Positions 19,747 to 28,224 of a DNA stretch of 64,000 nucleotides are shown one piece after another. The stretch is from Alphaproteobacteria bacterium (GTDB lineage: Bacteria; Pseudomonadota; Alphaproteobacteria; Sphingomonadales; Sphingomonadaceae): contig JAUHWC010000003.1 of assembly GCA_030424845.1 (NCBI GenBank), forward strand, positions 193,034 to 257,033, read 5' to 3'. Below the pieces are notes generated by a model. It was given only the letters and a program-made list of their open reading frames with translations, was not told where the DNA came from and ran no database searches. The translations under genes and the position numbers were made by a program. The number at the start of each line of letters is the position of its first letter. Within the stretch, counting starts at the first letter, position 1.

Positions 19747-19796
19747 GGTGTCAATATAGCGGCACTTGACGCCATGTCAACTTGACACGGTGTCAA
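19740..19796. promoter_or_regulatory. Three tandem TTGAC-N5-GTCAA palindromes (candidate TetR operators)
   Basis: TTGACATGGTGTCAA (19740-19754), TTGACGCCATGTCAA (19766-19780) and TTGACACGGTGTCAA (19782-19796). They lie in the 76-nt divergent region. The first covers the TetR start codon. Confidence 0.75.
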
Positions 19797-19822
19797 GTTG
19801 ATTCGGATTTCGGAGGATTGAA

Positions 19823-20401
19823 ATGGAACAGCAGAAGAAGGTTTTCGTCTGGGTCGCCCATCCGCGTGACACGTCGCTGTGCGGCGCGCTGGCCGAACGA
19901 TACATTGCCGGGGCCCGGGCGGCAGGGGCGCAGGTTCGCCGCATGGACCTTTCAGCCATGCAGTTCGAGGCAGGGGCCCCCGAGGATGCACCTCTGGAAG
20001 CTGACCTCGAGCAATGGCAGCGCAATGTCGAATGGTGCGATCACCTGCTGGTGGTCCACCCCTATTGGTGGGCTGCGATGCCGGCGCGGGCGAAGGCGGT
20101 GCTCGATCGCTGCCTCACCTCCGGCTTTGCCTACAAATACCGTGCCCGCGGCGTGAAGTGGGACCAGCTTCTTCAAGGGCGCAGCGCAGACGGTATCATC
20201 ACCTCGGACACGCCTCCCTGGCTGGACACGCTGCTTTATTTCCAGCCCGGTCGCCGGGTGCTGAGGAATGGCGTTCTGGGCTTCTGCGGCTTCGATATCG
20301 GCAAGGTGGTGCAGTTCGGCTCCGTCAAGCTGGCCGATGAAGGCAAGATCGCCCGCTGGCTGGGCCGCGCCGAACAGATGGGTCGCAAGGCTGCAGCCTG
20401 A
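19823..20401 (+). CDS. NAD(P)H dehydrogenase (quinone)-like flavodoxin-fold protein
   Basis: 192 aa. VVHPYWWAAMPARAKAVLDRCLTSGFAY matches the Flavodoxin_2 / quinone reductase family. Confidence 0.8.
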   Translation: MEQQKKVFVWVAHPRDTSLCGALAERYIAGARAAGAQVRRMDLSAMQFEAGAPEDAPLEADLEQWQRNVEWCDHLLVVHPYWWAAMPARAKAVLDRCLTSGFAYKYRARGVKWDQLLQGRSADGIITSDTPPWLDTLLYFQPGRRVLRNGVLGFCGFDIGKVVQFGSVKLADEGKIARWLGRAEQMGRKAAA

Positions 20402-20446
20402 CACTCCCCGCTTCATTTCATCAGTCAAACTAGAAGGAGGACAACC

Positions 20447-20947
20447 ATGTCCGCACAATTCCTGATACTCGCCTGTCTCTCGCTCGCACTCGTTTCGGCG
20501 CTGCTTGCCGGGGTGTTCCAGTCATTCTCCGACTTCGTGATGCGCGCCCTTGCCACCACGCCTGCCGAAGGCGGGCTGGCATCGATGCAAAGGATCAACA
20601 TTACCGTGATGCGCAGCTGGTTCCTGGCAGGTTTCATGGCAATGGTGCCAGCCAGCCTTGCCCTGGCGATCCACGCCATCGCCAATCTGGATGGCGCGGT
20701 GGCAAGCTCGATCGTGCTGGCGGCGGCGATCTACATCCCGGGAGCCTTCGGGGTGACGATGCTGGGCAATGTGCCGATGAACAACCACCTTGCCGCGCTC
20801 CCTGTAGGGGAGGCATCCTCGCAGGACTACTGGCAGCATTATCTCGCGCGCTGGACCCGCTTCAACCACCTGCGCATGTCTGCCTGCATCGCGACAGCTG
20901 GCTGCTATCTCTATGCGGCCGTGCTGCTGGCCGGGCAGGCTGCATGA
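20447..20947 (+). CDS. DUF1772 (anthrone-oxygenase-like) membrane protein
   Basis: 166 aa with four hydrophobic helices and an NVPMNN motif. Confidence 0.7.
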   Translation: MSAQFLILACLSLALVSALLAGVFQSFSDFVMRALATTPAEGGLASMQRINITVMRSWFLAGFMAMVPASLALAIHAIANLDGAVASSIVLAAAIYIPGAFGVTMLGNVPMNNHLAALPVGEASSQDYWQHYLARWTRFNHLRMSACIATAGCYLYAAVLLAGQAA

Positions 20948-20975
20948 TACAACAGGGGCGTTGCTTCCGCTGCAA

Positions 20976-21278
20976 TCAGGCCGCGGCGATTTCTCGCGCA
21001 GCCTGCTTGCGGCGGATCAGCCCGTCATTGAGGAAGGTGCTGAAGGGGAACAGCGCCGCTATGAAGGTGCGCACCACTTCCCACATGCCGAAGCCCTTGC
21101 CGGGCAGGCACACCACCATCGCCATGACATAGGCTAGCCAGGCAAAGCCGTGCGCCAGGCCCACCGGCGGAACCAGCACGGGATTGTCCATCCAGTACTT
21201 GAGCGGCATCGCCACGCAGAAAAGCGCAATGGTGGTCAGCCCTTCGACAAGGGCGATGACGCGGAACAGTTTCAGCAT
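20976..21278 (-). CDS. DUF3817 family small membrane protein
   Basis: MLKLFRVIALVEGLTTIALFCVAMPLKYW...GLAHGFAWLAYV pattern. Its ATG overlaps the ilvE stop by 1 nt (TGATG). Confidence 0.7.
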   Translation of the reverse strand: MLKLFRVIALVEGLTTIALFCVAMPLKYWMDNPVLVPPVGLAHGFAWLAYVMAMVVCLPGKGFGMWEVVRTFIAALFPFSTFLNDGLIRRKQAAREIAAA

Positions 21279-22381
21279 CAGGCGATCTTGGTGACCCAGC
21301 CGTGGGTATCTTCCGCCGTGCCGCGCTGGATGGCGACGAGCTTGTCGCGCAGGGAACCGGTCAGCTGGCCCGGCCCACCGCTGCCGATGGTGAAATCCAC
21401 GTCCTTGCCTGCCACGCGGCCCACGGGAGTAACCACCGCAGCCGTGCCGCAGGCGAAGCATTCGACAAGGCGGCCGGATTTCGCATCCGCTTCCCACTGG
21501 TCGATGCTGTAACGCTCCTCGCGCACTTCCAGCCCTTCCGCACGGGCGAGGGTCAGCAGGCTGTCACGCGTGATGCCGGGCAGGATCGTGCCCGAAAGCG
21601 GCGGGGTGAGCAGCGTGCCGTCATCGAAGACGAAGAACAGGTTCATGCCGCCCAGTTCCTCGATCCACTTGTGCTCCTCGGCATCGAGGAAGACCACCTG
21701 GTCGTGCCCGTTGTCGAAGGCGACACCGGTCGGAACGAGGCTGGCCGCATAATTGCCGCCGCACTTGGCGGCGCCCGTGCCGCCCCGCGCAGCGCGGGTG
21801 AACTCGCTGACCCACACGGATACGGCCGGAGCGCCGGACTTGAAGTAATTGCCGGCGGGGCTGAGGATCACCACGAACTTGTGCTGCTTCGCCGGGCGCA
21901 CGCCCAGGAACGGCTCGGTGGCGAACATGAAGGGGCGGATGTAGAGTGATCCGCCGGCAACGGGCGGGAACCACTGCGCATCCAGTTCCACCAACTGGCG
22001 CACGGCTCGGGTGAACAGTTCTTCGGGGATCTCCGGCATGGCGAGGCGGCGGGCCGAGGCATTGAAACGCGCGGCGTTCCGGTCAGCCCGGAACAGGCTC
22101 ATCGAACCGTCAGCCATGCGATAGGCCTTCATGCCCTCGAAGATTTCCTGCGCGTAGTGCAGCACCGATGCCGCCGGATCGAGCGCGATCGGTTCACGCG
22201 GGCCAAGCACCGCATTGTGCCAGCCCTTGCCTTCGGCCCAGTCAATCACGACCATGTGATCGGTGAAAACCTTGCCGAAACCCGGATCGGCAATCGCCGC
22301 TTCGCGCGCCTCAGCGGATGCGGGTGAAGGATGGGCCTTGCGGATGATTTCAACAGCAGGGGATGCGGCGAGAGTCGCCAT
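21278..22381 (-). CDS. ilvE: Branched-chain amino acid aminotransferase
   Basis: 367 aa class IV aminotransferase (long form). Blocks: FTDHMV, YAQEIFEGMKAY, AKCGGNYAASL, EELGGMNLFFV, LPGITRDS. Confidence 0.92.
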   Translation of the reverse strand: MATLAASPAVEIIRKAHPSPASAEAREAAIADPGFGKVFTDHMVVIDWAEGKGWHNAVLGPREPIALDPAASVLHYAQEIFEGMKAYRMADGSMSLFRADRNAARFNASARRLAMPEIPEELFTRAVRQLVELDAQWFPPVAGGSLYIRPFMFATEPFLGVRPAKQHKFVVILSPAGNYFKSGAPAVSVWVSEFTRAARGGTGAAKCGGNYAASLVPTGVAFDNGHDQVVFLDAEEHKWIEELGGMNLFFVFDDGTLLTPPLSGTILPGITRDSLLTLARAEGLEVREERYSIDQWEADAKSGRLVECFACGTAAVVTPVGRVAGKDVDFTIGSGGPGQLTGSLRDKLVAIQRGTAEDTHGWVTKIA

Positions 22382-22420
22382 ACGGGAATTCCTCGAGGAT
22401 CAGAATTTGGCTTGCGATAT

Positions 22421-22454
22421 ATAATTTCAAGCGCGAATGTAAATTTGAAATTAT
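22421..22454. promoter_or_regulatory. Perfect AT-rich inverted repeat ATAATTTCAA-N14-TTGAAATTAT upstream of ilvE
   Basis: Hand-read. It lies 40-73 nt upstream of the ilvE ATG (22381), in the most AT-rich stretch I noticed in the window. Confidence 0.45.
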
Positions 22455-22562
22455 CGGAAAACAGGTAAATCTCGAAACCACCTGCTAGCGCCCTTGCGGC
22501 AAGAGTCAAAGACGGCGTTTGGGAGAGGGGCATTTCCTGCCATTCGCGCCGAATGCGCCGAT

Positions 22563-22609
22563 GCCGCAAATGAGAAAGGCGACCCTGCCCGTCTGCAGGA
22601 TCGCCTTTC
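22563..22609 (-). terminator. Intrinsic-terminator-like hairpin (15-bp stem, 6-nt loop) with a weak T tract
   Basis: Minus strand: GAAAGGCGATCCTGC-AGACGG-GCAGGGTCGCCTTTC followed by TCATTTGC. It is downstream of the mini-ORF at 22663-22719. Confidence 0.55.
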
Positions 22610-22662
22610 GCATGGTCAGCGGCTGGAAGTGCCGCCCACGAAGTCTCTATCGGTTGTTCGTG

Positions 22663-22719
22663 TTACCGATAGTACCTCGCGCGGAAACTTACCGACCCCC
22701 TTGCTGAACCATGAGACAT
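22663..22719 (-). CDS. Candidate 18-codon mini-ORF (MSHGSARGSVSFRARYYR) with an extended Shine-Dalgarno
   Basis: The ATG at 22719 is preceded by GAAAGGAGGTGATCC (22721-22735, minus strand), with the GGAGG core 7 nt from the ATG. The stop codon sits inside the hairpin CTATCGG-N12-CCGATAG. It is below the ORF-track length cut-off. Confidence 0.35.
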   Translation of the reverse strand: MSHGSARGSVSFRARYYR

Positions 22720-22888
22720 CGGATCACCTCCTTTCGCGCTTTTGAAGCCAACACCCTGCCGTTTCACCGGGGGCGAAGACCGCGTGTACCGCTGGCCTTG
22801 GGTGCAGTTTTGAATTGGTGTGCGCTGCAACACAAGACTTGAAAAAATGTTTTTCACAGTCACAATCAGAGCTTCGGGCCGAGAGGGC

Positions 22889-23431
22889 TCAACGACAGTC
22901 CTCCACCACCCGCGTGATTTCCGGATATCCTGGCACCGAGAAGGCAAGTCCGCCTTCCACCTCGAAGGCGATGCGCCCGCGCGAGAAGGCCATCGCATCG
23001 AGCAGGTCATCATCGCGGGCAATCCGCGTGGATATCGATCCCTCTCCGGCATCCGCGGCCAGTTGTCGAGACTGGGTTTCGGTGTGGACGATAATCGCGC
23101 GGGCCTGGATATCCCCGTTGGCAAGCGACAGCACCAGGTCGCCATTCCCGGGCTCGCAGCGCAAATGGACGAGGTTCTCTCCATCTGTACCGGCAAATTC
23201 GGCATGGGTATCCCCAGAGCCAGGGTCTCCGCGCCAGTTCCAGTCTCCGGGGCGCAGGGGCAGGGCGGTCCATTCCGCTGACGAGATCGCGGGCAGGTCC
23301 AGCCCTGTTGCAGGGGCCGTGTCATCGATTGTGGCGGTATCTTCCCGCTCGTCAGGCCGCGAGATGGCCAACAACAACAGCCCGGCAATCGCAAGTGCTG
23401 CTGCGGCTACCCCTGCGGTCCGGTGATCCAT
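22889..23431 (-). CDS. Membrane-anchored hypothetical protein, paralog of 23431-23961
   Basis: 180 aa. N-terminal hydrophobic anchor AAAALAIAGLLLLAI. It shares the PGxW...GEN..V.L.C and ...PG....I.RV.E.C blocks with its upstream neighbour. Confidence 0.65.
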   Translation of the reverse strand: MDHRTAGVAAAALAIAGLLLLAISRPDEREDTATIDDTAPATGLDLPAISSAEWTALPLRPGDWNWRGDPGSGDTHAEFAGTDGENLVHLRCEPGNGDLVLSLANGDIQARAIIVHTETQSRQLAADAGEGSISTRIARDDDLLDAMAFSRGRIAFEVEGGLAFSVPGYPEITRVVEDCR

Positions 23432-23961
23432 CAGGCGCAGGCTTCGAATACCCGGCGGATCCCGGAAGAGCCGGGCAAGCGCAGCACGGCACCGCGCGGG
23501 CTGGTGATCTCGATAACCCCACCGGGCATCACGAAGCCGCCGAAAACGGGCGCGTCGCGGGCGATTTCGGCAGACATGGAGGGCAGGTCGAGGTCGCCAT
23601 CGGGCATCATGTCGAGCCGGGCTGCAGTGCCGCCCGCCTCGAGGATATAGCTCTGCATGCCCTCACCGCTGCCTGCAACCACCATCGCCATCGTGCTGTC
23701 GGCCCGGTTGCAGGTGATCACCACCTGCGCATTCTCGCCCGGAAGGCCGAATCTGGCACTGGCCCCGCTGGCGCTTTCGTTGATCGACCATGCCCCCGGC
23801 GTAAGCGGCGAGCCGTCATCTGCCACCACCGGTGTGGGGGTGGAGGTGAGCTGCGGCGTCGGGGTGGCGGCGGCCTCCTCTGCCGCAGGCTCGTCGGCAC
23901 TGCTGCAAGCGGCCAGCATGGTGACGGCGCCGGACAGGGCAAGAAGGGTGCGAAATTCCAT
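23431..23961 (-). CDS. Hypothetical lipoprotein, paralog of 22889-23431
   Basis: 176 aa. Lipobox TMLAAC, Pro/Thr-rich linker, two further Cys residues. Its stop overlaps the next start by 1 nt (TGATG). Confidence 0.65.
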   Translation of the reverse strand: MEFRTLLALSGAVTMLAACSSADEPAAEEAAATPTPQLTSTPTPVVADDGSPLTPGAWSINESASGASARFGLPGENAQVVITCNRADSTMAMVVAGSGEGMQSYILEAGGTAARLDMMPDGDLDLPSMSAEIARDAPVFGGFVMPGGVIEITSPRGAVLRLPGSSGIRRVFEACA

Positions 23962-24092
23962 GGTGCAAGAATCCTTGGTTTCCAGATGCGAATCAATCGA
24001 AGGGGCGCATCATTTGCAACATGAATGTGACAACTTGGCTCTGGCCCGATGCGCCACGATTTCCTATCGCCGCAGCATGAGTGAGCGCGCAA

Positions 24093-24848
24093 ATGCCTGA
24101 TGGCAAGGTGGCCAAGCAGCGGATCGACCAGCTGCTCGTCGAGCGCGGCGAGGCGGAAAGCCGCGCGCGGGCGCAGGCGCTGGTGATGGCGGGCCTCGTC
24201 TTCGTGAAGGGGCAGCGGGTGGACAAGGCCGGTCAGAAAGTGCCGGTCGATGCCGAAATAGAACTGAAGGGCAGGGACCATCCCTGGGTCGGTCGCGGCG
24301 GCGTGAAGCTGGATGGCGCGATCAGGCATTTCGGCCTCGATCCCTCCGGTGCGGTGGCGATGGATATCGGCTCTTCCACCGGCGGGTTCACCCAGGTGCT
24401 GTTGCATCACGGGGCGAGCCACGTCTTTGCGGTGGACGTGGGCACCAACCAGCTCGACTGGAAGCTGCGCAACGATCCGCGCATCACCCTGCTGGAACAG
24501 ACCAATGCCCGCGAACTGACAAGCGCGCAGATCGACCGGCCGTGCAACTGGGTTGTTTGTGACGCGTCCTTCATTTCGCTGCGCAAGGTACTGGAAAGGC
24601 CGCTGGAACTGGCCGCGCCTGAATGCCGGCTGGTGGCGCTGATCAAGCCGCAATTCGAGGTCGATCGTCATGAGGTGGGCAAGGGCGGCATCGTGCGCGA
24701 CGAAGCGCTGCACAGCCGCGTTTGCGACGAGGTGCGCGCATGGCTCGAAGGTGATGGCTGGGTGATCCAGGGCATCACCCGCAGCCCGATCAAGGGCACG
24801 GAAGGGAATGTGGAATTCCTCGTCTCGGCGCAAAGGGGTGCGGATTGA
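24093..24848 (+). CDS. tlyA: TlyA family rRNA (cytidine-2'-O)-methyltransferase
   Basis: S4-like N-terminus (RIDQLLVERGEAESRARAQALVMAGLVFVKGQRVDKAG) and the SAM motif DIGSSTGGFTQVLL. The start is either ATG 24093 or GTG 24081. Confidence 0.88.
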   Translation: MPDGKVAKQRIDQLLVERGEAESRARAQALVMAGLVFVKGQRVDKAGQKVPVDAEIELKGRDHPWVGRGGVKLDGAIRHFGLDPSGAVAMDIGSSTGGFTQVLLHHGASHVFAVDVGTNQLDWKLRNDPRITLLEQTNARELTSAQIDRPCNWVVCDASFISLRKVLERPLELAAPECRLVALIKPQFEVDRHEVGKGGIVRDEALHSRVCDEVRAWLEGDGWVIQGITRSPIKGTEGNVEFLVSAQRGAD

Positions 24849-24970
24849 ACGGGATAGGCCTTATGCCTGTCTTGCGCGCCGGACAAGCGCTCGCCACTAT
24901 CCACGCCCACAAGTGATTCTCGCGCGAGCCGCCATGCCGGATTCGTCTCGCCAATGATGCAGGAGCCAGG

Positions 24971-25525
24971 ATGAACCGCCTTGCCAGCCCCGCGCAATTG
25001 CGTGCCAGCCTGCTGCGCTGGTCGCTCTTCCTTGTTCCCGTTGTCATGCTGCTGGGCTTTGTCTCGGGCCAGATGGCGGGCAGCGGGGCGGACAATCCGT
25101 GGTTTGCCGCGCTGGAGAAGCCCGGCATTTATCCGCCGCCTGCCGCATTCGGCATCGTCTGGACAGTGCTGTACCTGATGATGGGAATTTCGCTGGCGAT
25201 GGTCTGTTCGGCATGGGGCGCACGCTGGCGCCCGTTTGCGGTGGTGGCCTTCCTCGTTCAGTTCGTTCTCAACCTCGCGTGGTCGCCGGTGTTCTTTGCG
25301 CAGCATGATATCGGCGCGGCATTGGCGATCATCGTTGCGCTGGACCTTGCAGTTCTCGTGACGATCTACCTGTTCTGGAAGGTGCGCCGCGCGGCGGCTT
25401 ACCTGCTGTTGCCCTACCTTGCGTGGATCCTCTTCGCCACGGTGCTCAACTGGCAGTTCCTCGAGATGAATCCCGACGCAAGCCAGATCAACGCCAACAA
25501 CGCCGTGCAGCGGATCGAGTTGTAG
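24971..25525 (+). CDS. tspO: TspO/MBR tryptophan-rich sensory protein
   Basis: 184 aa with five TM helices. NPWFAALEKPGIYPPPAAFGIVWTVLY and LNLAWSPVFF motifs. Confidence 0.88.
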   Translation: MNRLASPAQLRASLLRWSLFLVPVVMLLGFVSGQMAGSGADNPWFAALEKPGIYPPPAAFGIVWTVLYLMMGISLAMVCSAWGARWRPFAVVAFLVQFVLNLAWSPVFFAQHDIGAALAIIVALDLAVLVTIYLFWKVRRAAAYLLLPYLAWILFATVLNWQFLEMNPDASQINANNAVQRIEL

Positions 25526-25688
25526 GGGTTCCACGCCCGCATCCCCGGGTGCATCCTCGGTGCAGCTCCCTCCGCTTGCGCGGCGGGGTGCCTGCGGTCG
25601 CGCAGTCGCGCTCCGGTGCCGCTGCTCGCGGCAAGAGCGACGGCTCTTCCCTCTTGCTTTCGGCTTTGGTCAGTCCCAAATATCCACC

Positions 25689-25937
25689 ATGCAAAGCGAA
25701 AACCCCATCATCGCCGACTTCGTGAAGGTCGCCAATTCCGCCGCCGGCACGCTTGCCGGCATGACGCGTGAAGCGCGGGACAACGCGCGTGAGAGGATCA
25801 AGGAAGCCCTGGGCGGCCTCGACTTCGTCAGCCGCGAGGAGTTCGACGCGGTGAAGACGATGGCTGCCAACGCTCGCGAAAAGGTGGATGCGCTCGAAGC
25901 CCGCCTTGCCGACCTGGAAGCAAGGCTGGGCAAGTAG
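25689..25937 (+). CDS. ubiK: UbiK/YqiC family accessory factor (coiled-coil)
   Basis: 82 aa from ATG 25689. DFVSREEFDAVKTMAANAREKVDALEARLADLEARL. The track ORF is over-extended at its 5' end. Confidence 0.7.
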   Translation: MQSENPIIADFVKVANSAAGTLAGMTREARDNARERIKEALGGLDFVSREEFDAVKTMAANAREKVDALEARLADLEARLGK

Positions 25938-25961
25938 GCCTCAAAACCCGGCGCGGCCGGC

Positions 25962-26375
25962 TTACAGCCGCGTGAAGAATTCCCCAGCCAGTGAATGGTT
26001 GCTCATGCGCATGCAGCGCTGGAGCGAACTTGCGTAATGATCGTTGATCGCACGGTCGCGCCGGTTGCCATAAGGCATCGCGTTCACCTCGGCAGTGCGG
26101 GCCTGCATCGCGGCAAGCTTGCTGTCGCGCAATTCCAGTACGCGATCGACATCGGACTCCGGGCCATTGGCGAGTTCGGCAGTCATCCAGTCATGCATCT
26201 CGTCCTGCTTGATGCGGATGCCGGACATTTCCTTGCAGGCGATGCCTATGGCGAGCATTTCGGCATAGAGATCCAACTGTCTGGCCGAGAGGTTGTCCTG
26301 CGCGATTGCCGTTGCGGGAACGGTGCTGGCGATTGCGAACAGCGCGGCGGCACCGACGAGACCTGACTTCATCAT
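25962..26375 (-). CDS. Hypothetical periplasmic protein
   Basis: 137 aa with a signal peptide ending ATAIAQD. No family recognised. Confidence 0.55.
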   Translation of the reverse strand: MMKSGLVGAAALFAIASTVPATAIAQDNLSARQLDLYAEMLAIGIACKEMSGIRIKQDEMHDWMTAELANGPESDVDRVLELRDSKLAAMQARTAEVNAMPYGNRRDRAINDHYASSLQRCMRMSNHSLAGEFFTRL

Positions 26376-26488
26376 CCGAAATCTCCCAAATCCCTAATCT
26401 TGCAGCAGAAGATACTACAAAGCTGCTCGCGAGACAAACCGTGCGCCCTTGCGCCACGGGCTTGCGCAGGCCAGAGCAAGACCCAGCC

Positions 26489-27091
26489 ATGCAGATCCGC
26501 GCCCCCGCCATCCTGATCGCTGCCCGCCAGCACGGGGAAACCGCCGTGATCGCGCGGTTCCTGACGGCTGAGTATGGCGTTGTCGCGGCTTATGTCGCGG
26601 GTGGACGCGGGCGGCAGCTGCGTCCGGTGATGATCCCGGGCAACGTGGTGGACGTCCAGATTACGGCGCGCTCCGAAAGCCAGCTCCCCTTCGCCAAGGT
26701 GGAGCTTGTCGATAGCCGCGGGCCTTTCCTTACCGAACCGCTGCCCGCTGCCGCGATCGGCTGGGCGCTTGCCTTGACCGCCACTGCCCTGCCGGAACGC
26801 CAGCCCTATCCCTCGCTCCACGATGCATTGGGCGGGCTGCTGGATGCGGTGTGCCACGCGCCTTCCGCACGCGGCTGGGTGGGGGCGATGATCGCCTATG
26901 AAACGCTGCTGCTGCGCGAGCTTGGCTATGGCGGGGAAGGAGCGCGACCGCAGGGCGAACTGCCCGAATTGCTGCGCCAGATGGACGCGCTGGCCGGGCC
27001 GCTGGATCACTACCTGCTTGCCGACCGGCGTGGAGACGTTATGGCGGCGCGCTCAAGATTGCGCGAATTACTGGGACGTATCGAAAAATGA
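26489..27091 (+). CDS. recO: DNA repair protein RecO
   Basis: 200 aa from ATG 26489. OB-fold N-terminus ([49 protein letters not shown]). ATGA overlap with leuB. Confidence 0.75.
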   Translation: MQIRAPAILIAARQHGETAVIARFLTAEYGVVAAYVAGGRGRQLRPVMIPGNVVDVQITARSESQLPFAKVELVDSRGPFLTEPLPAAAIGWALALTATALPERQPYPSLHDALGGLLDAVCHAPSARGWVGAMIAYETLLLRELGYGGEGARPQGELPELLRQMDALAGPLDHYLLADRRGDVMAARSRLRELLGRIEK

Positions 27092-28143
27092 AAATCGCAT
27101 GTCTGGCCGGTGATGGCATTGGCCCGGAAATCATGGCAGAGGCGCTCAAGGTGCTCGATGCGCTGGGCCTTGAAATCGAGGTGGCGCATGCCGACGTGGG
27201 CGGTGCTGCCTACAAGGCGCACGGCCACCCGCTGCCGCCCGAGACGCTGGAGCTGTGCAAGGCATCGGATGCCGTGCTGTTCGGCGCGGTGGGCGATCCT
27301 GACTGCGACAACCTTGAACGCCACTTGCGCCCGGAACAGGCGATCCTCGGCCTGCGGCAGGCCCTCACCCTGTTTGCCAACCTGCGCCCGGCCACCATGT
27401 TCCCCGGGATGGAGGACCTTTCCGCCTTGCGCCCCGAAGTGGCGCGCGAGATCGACCTGCTGATCGTTCGCGAACTGAACGGCGATGTCTATTTCGGCGA
27501 AAAGGCCATTCGCCAGCTTGATGACGGCCGCCGCCAGGGTTTCGACCTGATGTCCTATGCCGAAGACGAGGTGCGCCGCATCGCGCACGTCGCATTCCGT
27601 GCAGCGCAGGGCCGCGGCAAGAGGCTGTGCAGCGTGGACAAGGCCAACGTCCTCGAAACCAGCCAGTTGTGGCGCGACGTGATGGTGGAAACCGCTGCCG
27701 GATACCCGGATGTGGAACTGAGCCACATGTATGTCGACAACGCTGCCATGCAGCTGGTGCGCAACCCCGGCCAGTTTGACGTCGTGGTGACCGGCAACCT
27801 TTTCGGCGACATCCTGTCTGACCAGGCGAGCATGTGCGTCGGCTCGATCGGCCTGCTGGCCAGCGCATCGCTGGGCGAGGACCAGACCGAATATGGCACC
27901 AAGGGCCTGTACGAGCCGATCCACGGTTCCGCGCCCGATATCGCGGGGCAGGGCAAGGCCAACCCCATGGCCATGATCCTCTCGCTCGCCATGCTGTTGC
28001 GCCACTCGCTCGGCCTCGAAGCCGAAGCGGCGCGCGTGGAAGCGGCCGTGGCCAAGGCGCTGGAAGACGGCATCAAGGGCGGTGACCTTGGTGGCAGCGC
28101 CGGCACGAGCGAGGTGGGAGACGCGGTGCTGGCGCGGCTGTAG
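27088..28143 (+). CDS. leuB: 3-isopropylmalate dehydrogenase
   Basis: [65 protein letters not shown]. Confidence 0.95.
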   Translation: MKIACLAGDGIGPEIMAEALKVLDALGLEIEVAHADVGGAAYKAHGHPLPPETLELCKASDAVLFGAVGDPDCDNLERHLRPEQAILGLRQALTLFANLRPATMFPGMEDLSALRPEVAREIDLLIVRELNGDVYFGEKAIRQLDDGRRQGFDLMSYAEDEVRRIAHVAFRAAQGRGKRLCSVDKANVLETSQLWRDVMVETAAGYPDVELSHMYVDNAAMQLVRNPGQFDVVVTGNLFGDILSDQASMCVGSIGLLASASLGEDQTEYGTKGLYEPIHGSAPDIAGQGKANPMAMILSLAMLLRHSLGLEAEAARVEAAVAKALEDGIKGGDLGGSAGTSEVGDAVLARL

Positions 28144-28224
28144 GACCGGTCACTCCGGTTGGGCGTGCACAAAACAATCCTTCATAAACCTTATGGTTAA
28201 CATTGCGCTCTATGGCGCTAGGCA

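Noticed and set aside
22721-22735. GGATCACCTCCTTTC as evidence of a 16S rRNA gene or rRNA-operon remnant on the plus strand.
   Set aside because: The upstream sequence (…ACCATGAGACATC) does not resemble the conserved 16S helix 45 region (…GTAACCGTAGGGGAACCTGCGGTT). It is therefore better explained as an SD on the opposite strand.
22563-22735. Classical BCAA leader-peptide attenuation of ilvE.
   Set aside because: The 18-aa peptide has a single Val codon and no Leu or Ile codons. In addition, an AT-rich promoter-like region with its own dyad lies between the terminator hairpin and ilvE.
22663-23394. 243-aa minus-strand ORF overlapping the 22889-23431 gene in another frame.
   Set aside because: It is Pro/Arg/Trp/Cys-rich with no motifs. 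The overlapping frame encodes a protein with a clear paralog next door. Only the last 18 codons, with their own SD and ATG, are considered as a mini-ORF.
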